A DNA stretch of 60,265 nt, the filler included, from Hausera hauseri (lineage: Eukaryota), in assembly GCA_046269625.1 (NCBI GenBank). It is 10 parts of 10 records of this genome, joined end to end, with 100 filler letters (N's around TTAATTAATTAA, not from the genome) between each part and the next. Parts side by side here need not be neighbours in the genome. Positions count along the whole stretch, not along the records: positions 23,093 to 27,238 come from JBJURY010735655.1; positions 27,339 to 32,029 come from JBJURY010474355.1; positions 32,130 to 40,689 come from JBJURY010599888.1; 7 more parts are not named here. One strand, 5' to 3'. Below are positions 24,291-35,200 of this stretch, in pieces. How positions within the stretch are numbered: the first letter of the stretch is position 1; the number at the start of each line of letters is the position of its first letter. The position numbers and the translations under genes are program-made. The notes under the pieces were generated by a model. It did not search any database, had not been told where the DNA came from, and saw only the letters and a list, made by a program, of their open reading frames with translations.

Positions 24291-25447
24291 CTCACGGAAT
24301 CTGCTATGCAAAAATCCAACTCAATGCAGTGTATCCGTGCCACTTGACGAGATATTGTTTATTCGAACTTTGCCGCGTGAACGTAGAATTTCCGGAATAC
24401 GATACATATCAGGTTTTTCCGGTAGTACTTGCAGTTCCTGTTCGTAAAATTTGCCACGTATTTTGTCACCATTTTCATCTTCTAACACGTACATAACCGG
24501 ACTTTGTTTTGTGTTGATTCCTGAAATTCGGAAAACCTCGTCGCTCCAGTTCTGATTGAAATTCTTAATGAATGGTGTCGTACTCAGCTTTGAAATACGT
24601 ACATAATTACCGATTTTATACTTGGGACATTTGGTTGGTCGTCGTTGTGTTTGGTTTTGGTAAAGCCACATGTTCAAATGATTGATTACATCAACTGGCC
24701 GTAATCCATTGATGCCACGATGTGTCGAATGATTGTATGCATGAATAATATCCGGCAGTACATCTACTCTGCGTTTGTTGCCTTGGTTCGTAAAGAATTT
24801 GTTTAGGCGACCACGCAGTGTTCGATTAAATCGTCCCACTAGTGCAGCCTTTATTTGAAAAAATACAGAGTAATGATATACGCCGAACCGTTTTAAGACC
24901 GCTGCAACGTGGGCGTTGTAGAATTCCTTGCCCAAATCCATATGTACGTGTTTCGTTGGTTGTTTTTTTGTTGTTGTTGTTCAATTAATCTGTCAACATT
25001 GTCGGCAATCTCTTTACCGGATTTAGATTCCACGGCAATTGCACGTGCAAAACGACTAAACACATTAATACATATAAGCACTTACCGATACCCATCGTTT
25101 ATTCTGGCATACGGAATTATTTCCATCAGTTTCATTTGCCATACATTATTTACACCGGTAGCACGATATGCACGGGTTGGAAACCGCCTTCTTATCGGTT
25201 TCTTTAGGCTGTATGCTAACTGTATCCCCAACCAACGTTAGGTTTGTCGCCGAGTCTGTTTGACAGTCTTTGCCAGTTTGTCGACATCAGTATACCCGAC
25301 AGGATGACGCGGATCGAACCACACGTCGCCTATCATGCCGTCGGTGTTGTCGGTAATGTCGTTTTCGTTAGTATTACAGCAATTAGAAAGAAACGTTAAT
25401 GAAAAAATTGGTAAACTGGGACAGAAAGATGAAAACCATGCACCCAT
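24290..25447 (-). pseudogene. Polinton retroviral-like (rve) integrase with C-terminal chromodomain
   Basis: WFDPRHPVGY, INVFSRFARA, DLGKEFYN, KAALVGRFNRTL, AYNHSTHRGI, NWSDEVFRI, GKFYEQELQ, then frameshifted KQYLVKWHGY..SWI. Confidence 0.93.
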
Positions 25448-25473
25448 ATCGGAGAATCATCATATATTTACCG

Positions 25474-25985
25474 TCATTGTCCACCCAGTACTGACGTGAC
25501 AATCGGTAGAATTGCACAAAGGAATCCTCCGTCTTGTTGGTACATGACCTCTTGTTTCAGTTGTTTACTACGAGCGTTGGCAAGGCCAATGAGTCGTTTT
25601 CGATAGTTTAGTAAATTTCGCTTTCCACTACCAACGTCAACGTAACCCACAACGATATTGTACAAAATTTCCATCAAATCGTCCATAAAAAATAGTGGGA
25701 ATGATCGCAGCATGTTTCGCTTATGTCTCATAGATGCCTTGAGCAAAGCAATAAAGTACGTCTAACTACGTTTGTATTGCATTTTTTGGACGTATTGATG
25801 CTGAGACGTAATTGTTTATAACTGTTGCCACTGTGACGGTAATTTGCCTCTAGTTGCGCTGCTTTTGTTCGAAACACAGAATTGATTAATTGCTTGACTG
25901 TAGGGGTTCGTTTTGATACATATTTCTTGCCGGACACCCGCTTGGTAGGTTTACGTTTAACAATTGTTTTTCGGAAAATCTTCAT
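25474..25985 (-). pseudogene. Polinton PW-like protein with basic N-terminus
   Basis: K/R-rich start (MKIFRKTIVKRKPTKR), frameshift, then EILYNIVVG..QQDGGFLCAILPIV, the Q.GGFL signature; lies between ATPase and integrase. Confidence 0.72.
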
Positions 25986-25994
25986 TTTATCACA

Positions 25995-26277
25995 ATCATG
26001 TCGATTTTCGAATTTTTTATAAACATGTACACCTTTCTGATTGAACATATCTGTTCGTATACGCATGTCATCGGGACACTGTTGCGTAAAGTCAATGAAC
26101 AAGTATCCGTGTGTCTCGGTTATGATATGCATCTATCAGGTAGGCTCGGTTGTGAGGAAATGCTTGTCGTGCAACATAATCAATGATAGTCTGATCACGG
26201 GGATTTTTGAACAACACGAAATAGTGTACGTTTAGGTTTCTTGCTCGATGCTGTCCGTTTTGATGGAACATGTTTGC
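25995..26277 (-). pseudogene. Polinton packaging ATPase (A32-like), C-terminal part
   Basis: NMFHQN..RNLNVHYFVLFKNPRDQ..VARQAFP..HGYLFIDFTQQCPDDMRIRTDMF. Confidence 0.88.
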
Positions 26278-27238
26278 CTAATAAAAATAAACATCACACC
26301 CCGGTATCGTGTTAGGGTTCGTTAACATATAAATCCCAAACGAACCCCAAAATTCCAAATTCCAACTCCAATTCAAACCCGAATACAAATCATTAGCCGA
26401 ACCAGAAGACCATATTTTGAATTTCAGTACAATCCCAAAATATGATCCAAACATTAACAATAAGTTGTTGATCCGAAATAAATGCAAAATAATTAGTTAA
26501 ATAATTATTACACAATCAACGCAGGCCTAATATTGGGAAAATCATCTATATTCCACTTTAAATATAGGAGGAACCAAATTACCGATCAGAATCTATTACC
26601 ATACCCTGTCCCCGATATAAAACCCCTAAGAGGCAATAAAATAATAGAACTCTAAAACTTACAGAAAGTCAAATTATTTTATTAATTAGATTCCCTTATG
26701 AAAGCACGAGCTATAGCAACTAACAAATTATCGGAGGAAAACTGGCGTAATGTTTATCCAAACCGATAGAATTATCTAAAATTGTCAAACCCAATTCTCA
26801 AAACTCAACCACCTCAAAGAACCCCGCAATAATTAATCTAAACATACCTGTTTAGAACTGTCAAAACTGATTTACAAAAATTAAACCACAATAGCAAAAT
26901 CCGGACTTACCGATTACAAAAATTGATAACAAAATTTAGATGAAATAAAAAAATAAAAACAAGAATATTATATATACCATCCTACGAACACAAAAAGAGA
27001 ACACATTTTTCTTAGACAAACTCAACAATTGTTTTAGCGAGTAGTGGGTAGGTCGCATTTTTCTATTCTGATGACTGATGATCATTTTTATCAGCAACCA
27101 AATTATCCAGTTAATTAGAATTTGTACTAGGAGGCGAGAATCGTTTAAACTGCTTAGTATCATTGTATTAGACTGGTATTATTCACTAGACGTACGATAT
27201 CTTCTCCAAGATGGCCCAACAGTGTAAATCACCATGAA

Positions 27239-27338
27239 NNNNNNNNNNNNNNNNNNNNNNNNNNNNNNNNNNNNNNNNNNNNTTAATTAATTAANNNNNN
27301 NNNNNNNNNNNNNNNNNNNNNNNNNNNNNNNNNNNNNN
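27239..27338. other. Artificial contig linker
   Basis: N44-TTAATTAATTAA-N44. Confidence 0.99.
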
Positions 27339-27994
27339 TTTAAGTAATTTTTTAAATAATTTGCTTCTTCAATTTAAAATATAGCTATTTTCTGTTATGG
27401 TATTTCTTCTTTTACTTAGTTATTTAACTATTTTATACACCTCTGATAATAACTGACCCAGATTCTGCAAAATTAATGGAAACACACAGCTCCACAGTAC
27501 AGTACATACAAGGCAAAGTTCTTAAGTCTTGACAGAAATGCCAGAGTACACTATCACTGACACGCAGCCTTTTTCTTATCAACCTATTTTAACTGCAAAT
27601 GCCACATTGTGTGGTGACATTCAGCACTCTCGTGACAGTTTCTGTGATTTGAAAGGAAAGCTAAAACTTGTGCCCTTTACTCCTGATTCCCTTGTGGCTT
27701 TTTGACTGCCTATCAAACTAAATGACCACAGATGCATCCTAACTGCAGGACTGCCTGTCAGTGAGGTCTCAGAACAATTAAAGTAAAAGCAAATGTCAAA
27801 ACACAGACAGTCATAGGTGCCTGCTCAGGTGGAGCACCTGCTCCCTCGTCTTTAAAAGTAGAGGTTGATGCTCATGTTTGTTTTACTAAAAACATGTAAT
27901 CCCTCCAGAATTACAACCAAAGCAGGTAGGTAATTTTTATGTGTCAGTGGAACAATATAAACACAGACTACACAAACACAAAAACTCTATAAAA

Positions 27995-28080
27995 AAAATG
28001 CTACTCAAGTAAAGCATACATTCTCAAAAACTGTACTTACGTACAGTACTCAAGTAAATTCACTTTGATACCCACCTCTG
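27995..28080. repeat. TACTCAAGTA-type non-autonomous DNA transposon terminus (teleost-like)
   Basis: tactcaagtaaa...aaactgtacttacgtacagtactcaagtaaa...ccacctctg resembles, from memory, a repeat family abundant in teleost genomes. Confidence 0.55.
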
Positions 28081-29402
28081 GTGACAATAACACTTTAAGA
28101 TAAATCCATGAGTTCAAAATCAGTTAGTTTTCATTACAGCGTCTGGTCAAAGGTCAGTGGTGCTTAGATTTGTCTATTCCTGATTTTGGTTCCCCATTTT
28201 CTAACACAAACAGGCCTCCATGCTCACAGTAATATTGCATTTTGTTCCATTCAGTGATTTATTTTTTGTTGTTGTCAATGCTCTTTAATTACCTCATTTA
28301 AACAAATCCATTGGGCCACATTGGGAGCTGTAGTTGAAAGGAATGAAGCGGGGTTGAAGTGAGAGAGTCCTGCAGAGAAGACTGATGTTCTGCCAAGGCT
28401 GTTGTCACTCCCCACAGTCTAATGAAGGCAGTTAGACGAGTTCATGTCAATCCGAACTGCCAGTCTTTGAATAATATTTAAGACCTAATTGCACCTCGAG
28501 TGCTTTAAGACAGAACGGGATTCTTCTGAGATCCGTTAACTAAACCTGGGACTGTTAGATTACACTGTCTCATTGTTAGACATGCTAACAGGATAAACAG
28601 CCTAATTATTATCATCCACCATCAAAAAGCAAACATGTATGATCATCTTTTTGCCTGACTGTATTTTATAAACCACTACTATGAATTTTAAAGGAAACAA
28701 GAGTGAGATACACCTCTACAGCAGATTCACTTCTGGAGCCAACCCAACTCAAAATCAACTGACCTTTTTTGAAACACAAAAACATGTCTCTCTGTTCAAG
28801 GCATCGAGATGCACCAACGGCTGTCCAACATTGAGAGGAACTGGCCGTATTACTTTGGTTTTGGTTTACCGATGGCTCTGCTGACTGCTATGCCCTCTTC
28901 ATACATCATCAGGTTTGTTACAATGCAGCATTTCTTTTAGTTTAGTCTTGAGCAATAAGAACCAAAAAGCAGGCAGATGGTTTAATTAGAAAAATGAACT
29001 GTATTTTCATTATTAAACGCTTTGACTGCAGCTAACAGTTTTATGAATCCAATCAAAGTCCAGGATTTTAATCTTCTTGTTTGAGTTCAACTCTTACGTT
29101 TCATTTTCTTTATACTCTTCAGTTGCAAAACGAAAATGGGATAAAATAATGTTCTAGGCATGTGCTACCATCGTTTGTATTTATGGACTAGATTTATAAA
29201 CTTTGCAGTAGTTCGAATCGGATGTAGTATTGAAGCTATTTATAAATAATTTCTAAATACAACAAAAGTGTGTACTAAATCAAATATTCAGAATCACTTA
29301 ACCAATGAAAATTATACGAATATTTAATTAAAAATGCGGGTAAATTGGCCATTTAAAAATTTGTTCAAATTTTGGAAGAAAAAATTTTCTTTAAAAACCC
29401 CA

Positions 29403-30778
29403 ATGATCGATTACCACTGTCCGCAATGTTTGGAATCGTTTTCACGGAATATTCTACTGAAGAAACATTTAAAATCCCACCATAGCATCGATGCGAATGT
29501 TTGTAAAAACTGTCCTCTCGTTTTCCTCACACTTACAGATTTATATCTCCACGCACGTCAAGTGCACAACGAAAATTCCCGAAAAGCAAAAGGCGAATGT
29601 AAAATCAAATGCCCCGATCCGAATTGTAATTATCAGACAAACAACGGGGGCCTCATGAAGCACCATATTCAATCGCACAAAAAAATTCGGCCATTCACAT
29701 GCAGTATTTGTGGGAAAACCTTTACGCAAAAATCGAATATGAAGACTCATTATCACAGGCATATTGAGAAGGTGACGAAGTACGAATGCAAGGCTTGCGA
29801 GAAGCAGTTCAATTTCCATGATACATACTTATCGCATCTGGAGACGAAAGAACACCGAGTTTCAGAGGTTCTGGCAGAAAGATACAAGGTCAGGTGTCGA
29901 TGGTTTCTTTGTGACTATTAATTAACATTTAGATATTATTTCATTGCATGTGCTGCAGTAAGTTATTGGATAGCTATGAACAAATATCAATACACTTACA
30001 ACAAACTATGTGCAACTGCTCTGCGGTTTGCTCGCCATTTTGTTGCGAACATTGTCATGAAAGACTACCGCAAGATATTGGTACTCTGATGAACCACATG
30101 AGACAGCACTGCACCAAACTGGAGTGCCCATATTGCGACAATAAAGTCTTCACAGACAAAATCAAACTGATAACGCACATGACAAAGGCACACAATGTCG
30201 AATTATCGAAAAGATTTGTTTGTCGATACTGTGAACAAATTTTCGACTTTGAGGACGAACGAAACCAGCACATTACGACGGATCACGCTAATGATAAGAA
30301 TAAACATGGAATAAACAGCGAATTTGGAAGGCTTTCCTGTCAAATTGCCGAATGCCCATTTCGAACAAATTCGGACATAATTCTGCGAAATCATGAAAGT
30401 AGTCATTATCAGAATTTGAATGCAGAAATGACATATTTAATGGTACCACCGATAACAACTACTCAGTATAAAGAAAAGAAACGTGGACGACCACCATTGT
30501 GTAGGAGAGACAAAACTTTACCACCAACTCAGTTAAATGTCAATAAGGAGGTAACACGAGGACGACCCAGAAAATCTACTTCCGTGCACGAATTTACATT
30601 AACGAAAAAAAGAGGTCGTCCAAAAAAGATAAAGGAAGAAATGCATGAGCCAATTGATACGGACATTGGGGGTACAGATAATCATTGTGACACCGAATAT
30701 TCAATTGGGGACATCATGCAGATGCCATATTTGTTTTCGAATCAGACTAAATTCCACATTGAAAATGAGCTGTGGTAG
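29403..30778 (+). CDS. Multi-C2H2 zinc-finger protein with three AT-hooks; join(29403..29888,29933..30778), about 443 aa
   Basis: Two open exons joined in phase 0 by a 44-nt GT..AG intron (29889-29932); about 10 C2H2 fingers incl. RPFTCSICGKTFTQKSNMKTH; KKRGRPP, TRGRPRK, KKRGRPKK; AATAAA about 40 nt after the stop. Alternative ATG at 29334. Confidence 0.9.
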
Positions 30779-30865
30779 AAATTGAAAATATTTTTTGAAT
30801 CTTCAGAATCACAAGATAAATAAAATATTTTATTCGTTTTTTGTCAATTGTTTAAAAAACCAATT

Positions 30866-31547
30866 AATAAGCATAAAATGCAACTTTTAGACGTATTGGT
30901 TTTCTGTCTAAAATTTCAACTTTACACGAATTCTCTTGCTATTTGAATTCTATCGAAATAGGCACGTCAGTAGTTCAATTTATAGCTCTATATTATGTTT
31001 CAGAACGAATCTGTTGAGGATTGCTTTTAGGCAAAAATTCAAAAATCCAATGGTTAATATGGCTAGTATTTTTATGTATGGGAAAAGCTTTTAATAGAAG
31101 AATTTCGTAGTCTTTTTGTGATTTCGGTACGAAGTAAACAAAGCAGTTTAGTTCCGATTCCAGAGAGAAAAACGGAATTAAATAATATATTTTAGGTTGA
31201 CTACTTTTTTCAAAACTCTTGAATAACTTTTGGATTAAATTTTGTTGAGATAGGTTTTTTATGATTCTTGTGTAAATTTCTTTAATAAAATTCAGCTTGA
31301 ACAATGAAGGTTATTTAAACCAAAAAGAAAGAATTATTTCAATTCTAATGTTTTATTTTATTTACTTTGTGTGTAGTAGCTTGGCCTACTAGTGGTTCGG
31401 CCGCTGACGCTCTTAGTTAATGGGAAGAAGGTTAATGTTACTTACGAAGAAGGTAAGTAAAACAAACACAGAATTTATTGTGAACAAAAGAAATGTTACT
31501 TACGAATTGACTGTGATTCTCCCAATAACCAAAAATTTGATTGACAT
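30866..31547 (-). other. Possible small convergent gene or pseudogene of unknown function
   Basis: ORF 30993-31304 with protein-like continuation past stops (CKVEILDRKPIRLKVAFYAY) and upstream GTAAGT donor-like sites; no recognisable domain. Confidence 0.25.
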
Positions 31548-32029
31548 AATTTGTATTTGATATGAAAATCACAAACGGCGTCGAATAATATGCTACAATT
31601 GCTAAGCACGGAAATTCGAACTTTTCGGAATCGCCTAGCGACTTGTATTCGCAGAAATTTTTACGTGTTAAGCGGCGTCACTAACCTTGGTTGTTCGTTC
31701 AAATTTTTAGTTGGGTATTTATAAGATTTTATTAATTGTGGGTGTTTTTTGATTTTTAAGACTTTACGAGGTATTCAATTTTTAGAAAGGATACTTTATG
31801 TAGTATCACTATTTTAATTTATTGCCTTTAATATAATTTGTGTGGTGTGACTAAATACAAATAGTACTTTTTGTGTGGTATTGTTATTTTTATCTGTCAA
31901 ATTTAATGTAATTTTGTGGTTTTATTTTCCACTGTCTCTTAAAAAACTATATTCTGTGGTATTGTATGTGTGGTATTGTATATTGTTACCAAACGGCACG
32001 CGAACCATGCTAATTTAGTAACTGTCAAT

Positions 32030-32129
32030 NNNNNNNNNNNNNNNNNNNNNNNNNNNNNNNNNNNNNNNNNNNNTTAATTAATTAANNNNNNNNNNNNNNN
32101 NNNNNNNNNNNNNNNNNNNNNNNNNNNNN
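32030..32129. other. Artificial contig linker
   Basis: N44-TTAATTAATTAA-N44. Confidence 0.99.
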
Positions 32130-32207
32130 AGTATTTATTATTTATCCATTATTTAAACAAATTAAGAATAAATAATAATTTGCTTAATATTTATTTTTGC
32201 TTCTCCA

Positions 32208-35200
32208 TTACTTAAGACGTTGAGTACCTTCGACTGATTTTACCCTGCTATACTTGCTGAATATGACTCTGCGTGTTGTGCCTTTATGCGATGTGTTTGT
32301 TTGCAGAGATTGAGGTTGGGAAAAAAATTGGTAGATTTTGGTGTAGGTGTTGTGTTGTGCAAAGATGAGTCGGGATAAAGAGACGAAGACGAAGAAGGAA
32401 GAGGGATTGTTAAAGACGGATGGTTAAAGGCATTGAAAAGAGTGTTAGAACACGAAGGAGTTATGAAAGGTATAATAACGGATAAAGGAAGAGGGGAAAG
32501 AGTTGGAGATTGAAATTGTGTTTACTGAAAGAGTGGAAGAGGAAGATGATACAAAGGGAGTGGTAGGAATAGAAGTATAAAGTGTAGAAAATGATGGAGC
32601 AGGACTATATACAGAAGAGGAAAGTGGAAATGATGTAGCAATAGATATGGGAACGGCAGGGACTGGAGGAATGAGAAATGAGTTAGGCGTGTCGGCTGGT
32701 AAGGAGTCGTCGACAAAGAAAGCGGGCTTTAAATTGGTAATGTGTACTGTAAGGTCTTTGCCGTCTTTAGAGATAATAGCGTTGTGCGAGTGCAGCTGTA
32801 TCAGTTTATAAGGCCTCAGGTACCGCGGCTGGAAACCCTAAGGCGTTTGATTCTTTAGCCATACGAATTTGGCAGAATACAAATCTTCGGGTAAGTATGT
32901 ATTGTCTTTGTGAAATAGCCTGCAGAACGAATCTCTACTGACCGCGACAAAGTGATTTTGCGCCGCTCGTATCGTCTCATCCGTGGGAGTGTCGTCTAGG
33001 GCGGTTAGTTCGAATAATGATCATACAGGAGCTCCGAATAAGGCTTCAGTAAGTGGGCATCCTGTAGAAGGGGACGGAGTGTTCCGCCAGCCTTGCACAA
33101 CAAACGGAAGATTCGTCCAACTAGCGTTGGACTATGCGAGGATTCGTAGTGACGTTCTCAATGTTCGGTGGAAACGTTCTCGAGGGCCGTTCGATTGGAG
33201 GTGATAAGGCATAGTATGTATGTTGTGGATCCCCAATAGGTTAACAAGGAATTTGAACAGGTTGGATTCAAACTGTGGACCCTGGTCCGTGATGATGAAG
33301 CAAGGTGATCCAAACCTGCTAATCCATGTGCGAATGAAAACGTCAGCTATGGTATCCTTGTTCGTGCTCCGCAGAGGAACGTTCTATCATGGTGAGAATG
33401 AATTTATGACCGTTATCTGGAGGAAGAGGGCCAACGATGTCAATATGTGCAGGAAAAGTGAAATAGTGGTGGCTTTAAATACTTAGTTGTTTTGTACTTT
33501 TGACAAGCCACAGACTCCTTAACCCATGCCTGCACATCAGAAGGCATAGACGGCCATATTACTTGTCGATGGAGTAAACGTAAAGTGGCTTTAGCACCGG
33601 GGTGGTGTTGCGAATGTACGCTATTATATGCTTGCTTTGCGATGATGGTGCGAGAATTATTATGGGATTACCTGGTTTGGAGGTGTCTAAAGACACGCCG
33701 TCAACATTTGTGCAAGACTTGAAAGAATTAATCATGTCTTGAGGTGGCTGGTTGAAGTTGAGCTTGTATAAAAATCGGAGAACAATTAATCAAACTAACC
33801 GACCTAGATAAAAAATCGGCAACTAAATTATTAACCCCGTTAGTATGTTTTATGTCGAAGTTGAATGTCGACAAGTATGACATCTATCGTTATTGGCGTG
33901 TGGAAGGATGTTTCATTGCCATGATGTTAAGTAAGGGTTTGTGATCGGTCTGTATAATAAAATGACTAGCGACAATTAGGTGGAAGAAATGCTTTAAAGC
34001 AAGAACGATGGCCAATAACTCTCGATCGAACGTTGAATATTTGGTTTCAGGGGATGTTAGCTTACGAGAGAAAAATTCTAGCGGCTGATTTTCTCCTTTA
34101 TAGCACCTACCGCAGTGGTTGAAGAGTCTGTAATAAGGATTGGTTCCGCATCAGGCTTGGGGAAAGCGAGAATGTCGACGGTTTTAATTCCTTCGAGTAA
34201 CTTATCAAATTTGTCTACTAACTCAGGTGTCCACTGAATTGATTGATGTTCTTTGCCACCGCTTAAGTGTGCAAATGATGCTGTCAATTCAGAGCAATAT
34301 GGTACATATTTATGTACAAAGTGTAGTGTACGAAGGAAGCTGCGCATTTTGGTGGTCGTGCGTGGTAACTGGATATTTTTAAGGAATTCAACGCGGTCTG
34401 GTTGAGGAGAGTGGCCGTCTGGTGAAATAACGTGGCCTAAAAAGTTGATGCGCTTTTTGAATAAATGGAATTTGTCGAAATTGACTTGGAGATTATGATG
34501 GTTAAGGCGTTGGAATATTGCGCGAAGATGTTCCTTGTGTTGTTTGATCGAAGACGAAACGATCAGAATATCATCAATGTAATGGTGCGCAAACGGAAAA
34601 TCTGACAGAATTGAGTCAGTTTGTCTCTGAAAGGTCTGCGCGGCATTTCGAAAAACGAAGGGCATAAACAGGTACTCGTAGAGGCCAAAAGGAGTAGTGA
34701 CAGCAGTTTTTTCTATGTCTTTACGTGCCACCGGTATCTGGTGGTATGCTTTGGCCAAATCGATAGTCGAATAAATGGTAATTGAATTAAGCAATGCAGG
34801 ATGTCCTTGTTGAGTGGCAAGGGGTACGCATCCATGAGTTTCAAGTTGTTTAACTGGCGGTAGTCGCCGCATAGTCTAAAAGTACCGTCCTTTTTGTACG
34901 ACGTGTAAAGGTGATGACTAAGGAGATTTGGAACGGCGTACAATTCCGGAGCGTTCTAGTTCAAGAAATTCCGTTTTTACAGCCTGTCTACGACGAGGTG
35001 GCAGTGGTCGTACCTTTTGGCGTATTTGTCGTTGATACTGTGAAATTGTCATGTACAGTGCTATTTGTAGGGGTAAACGAACGATCTTTTTTTAAGTACG
35101 CGTGGACATGATGTGGTAACGAATTTCTGTAAAGTTGTAGGCAAATGTGATAGATTCGGTGGTGATGGTGAAGCAAGTTGAGTAGTAGCGGATGCAATTG

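Larger units (their letters stand above)
23093..26277 (-). mobile_element. Polinton/Maverick (adintovirus-like) gene block: ATPase - PW/core - integrase - penton - second penton
   Basis: Five co-oriented degenerate genes with Polinton hallmark motifs (see sub-features). Confidence 0.92.

Noticed and set aside
31735-31985. Cluster of TGTGGT(ATT) motifs, superficially CRISPR-like or RUNX-site-like
   Set aside because: Short, irregularly spaced and degenerate in AT-rich eukaryotic DNA at a contig end; no constant repeat-spacer structure.
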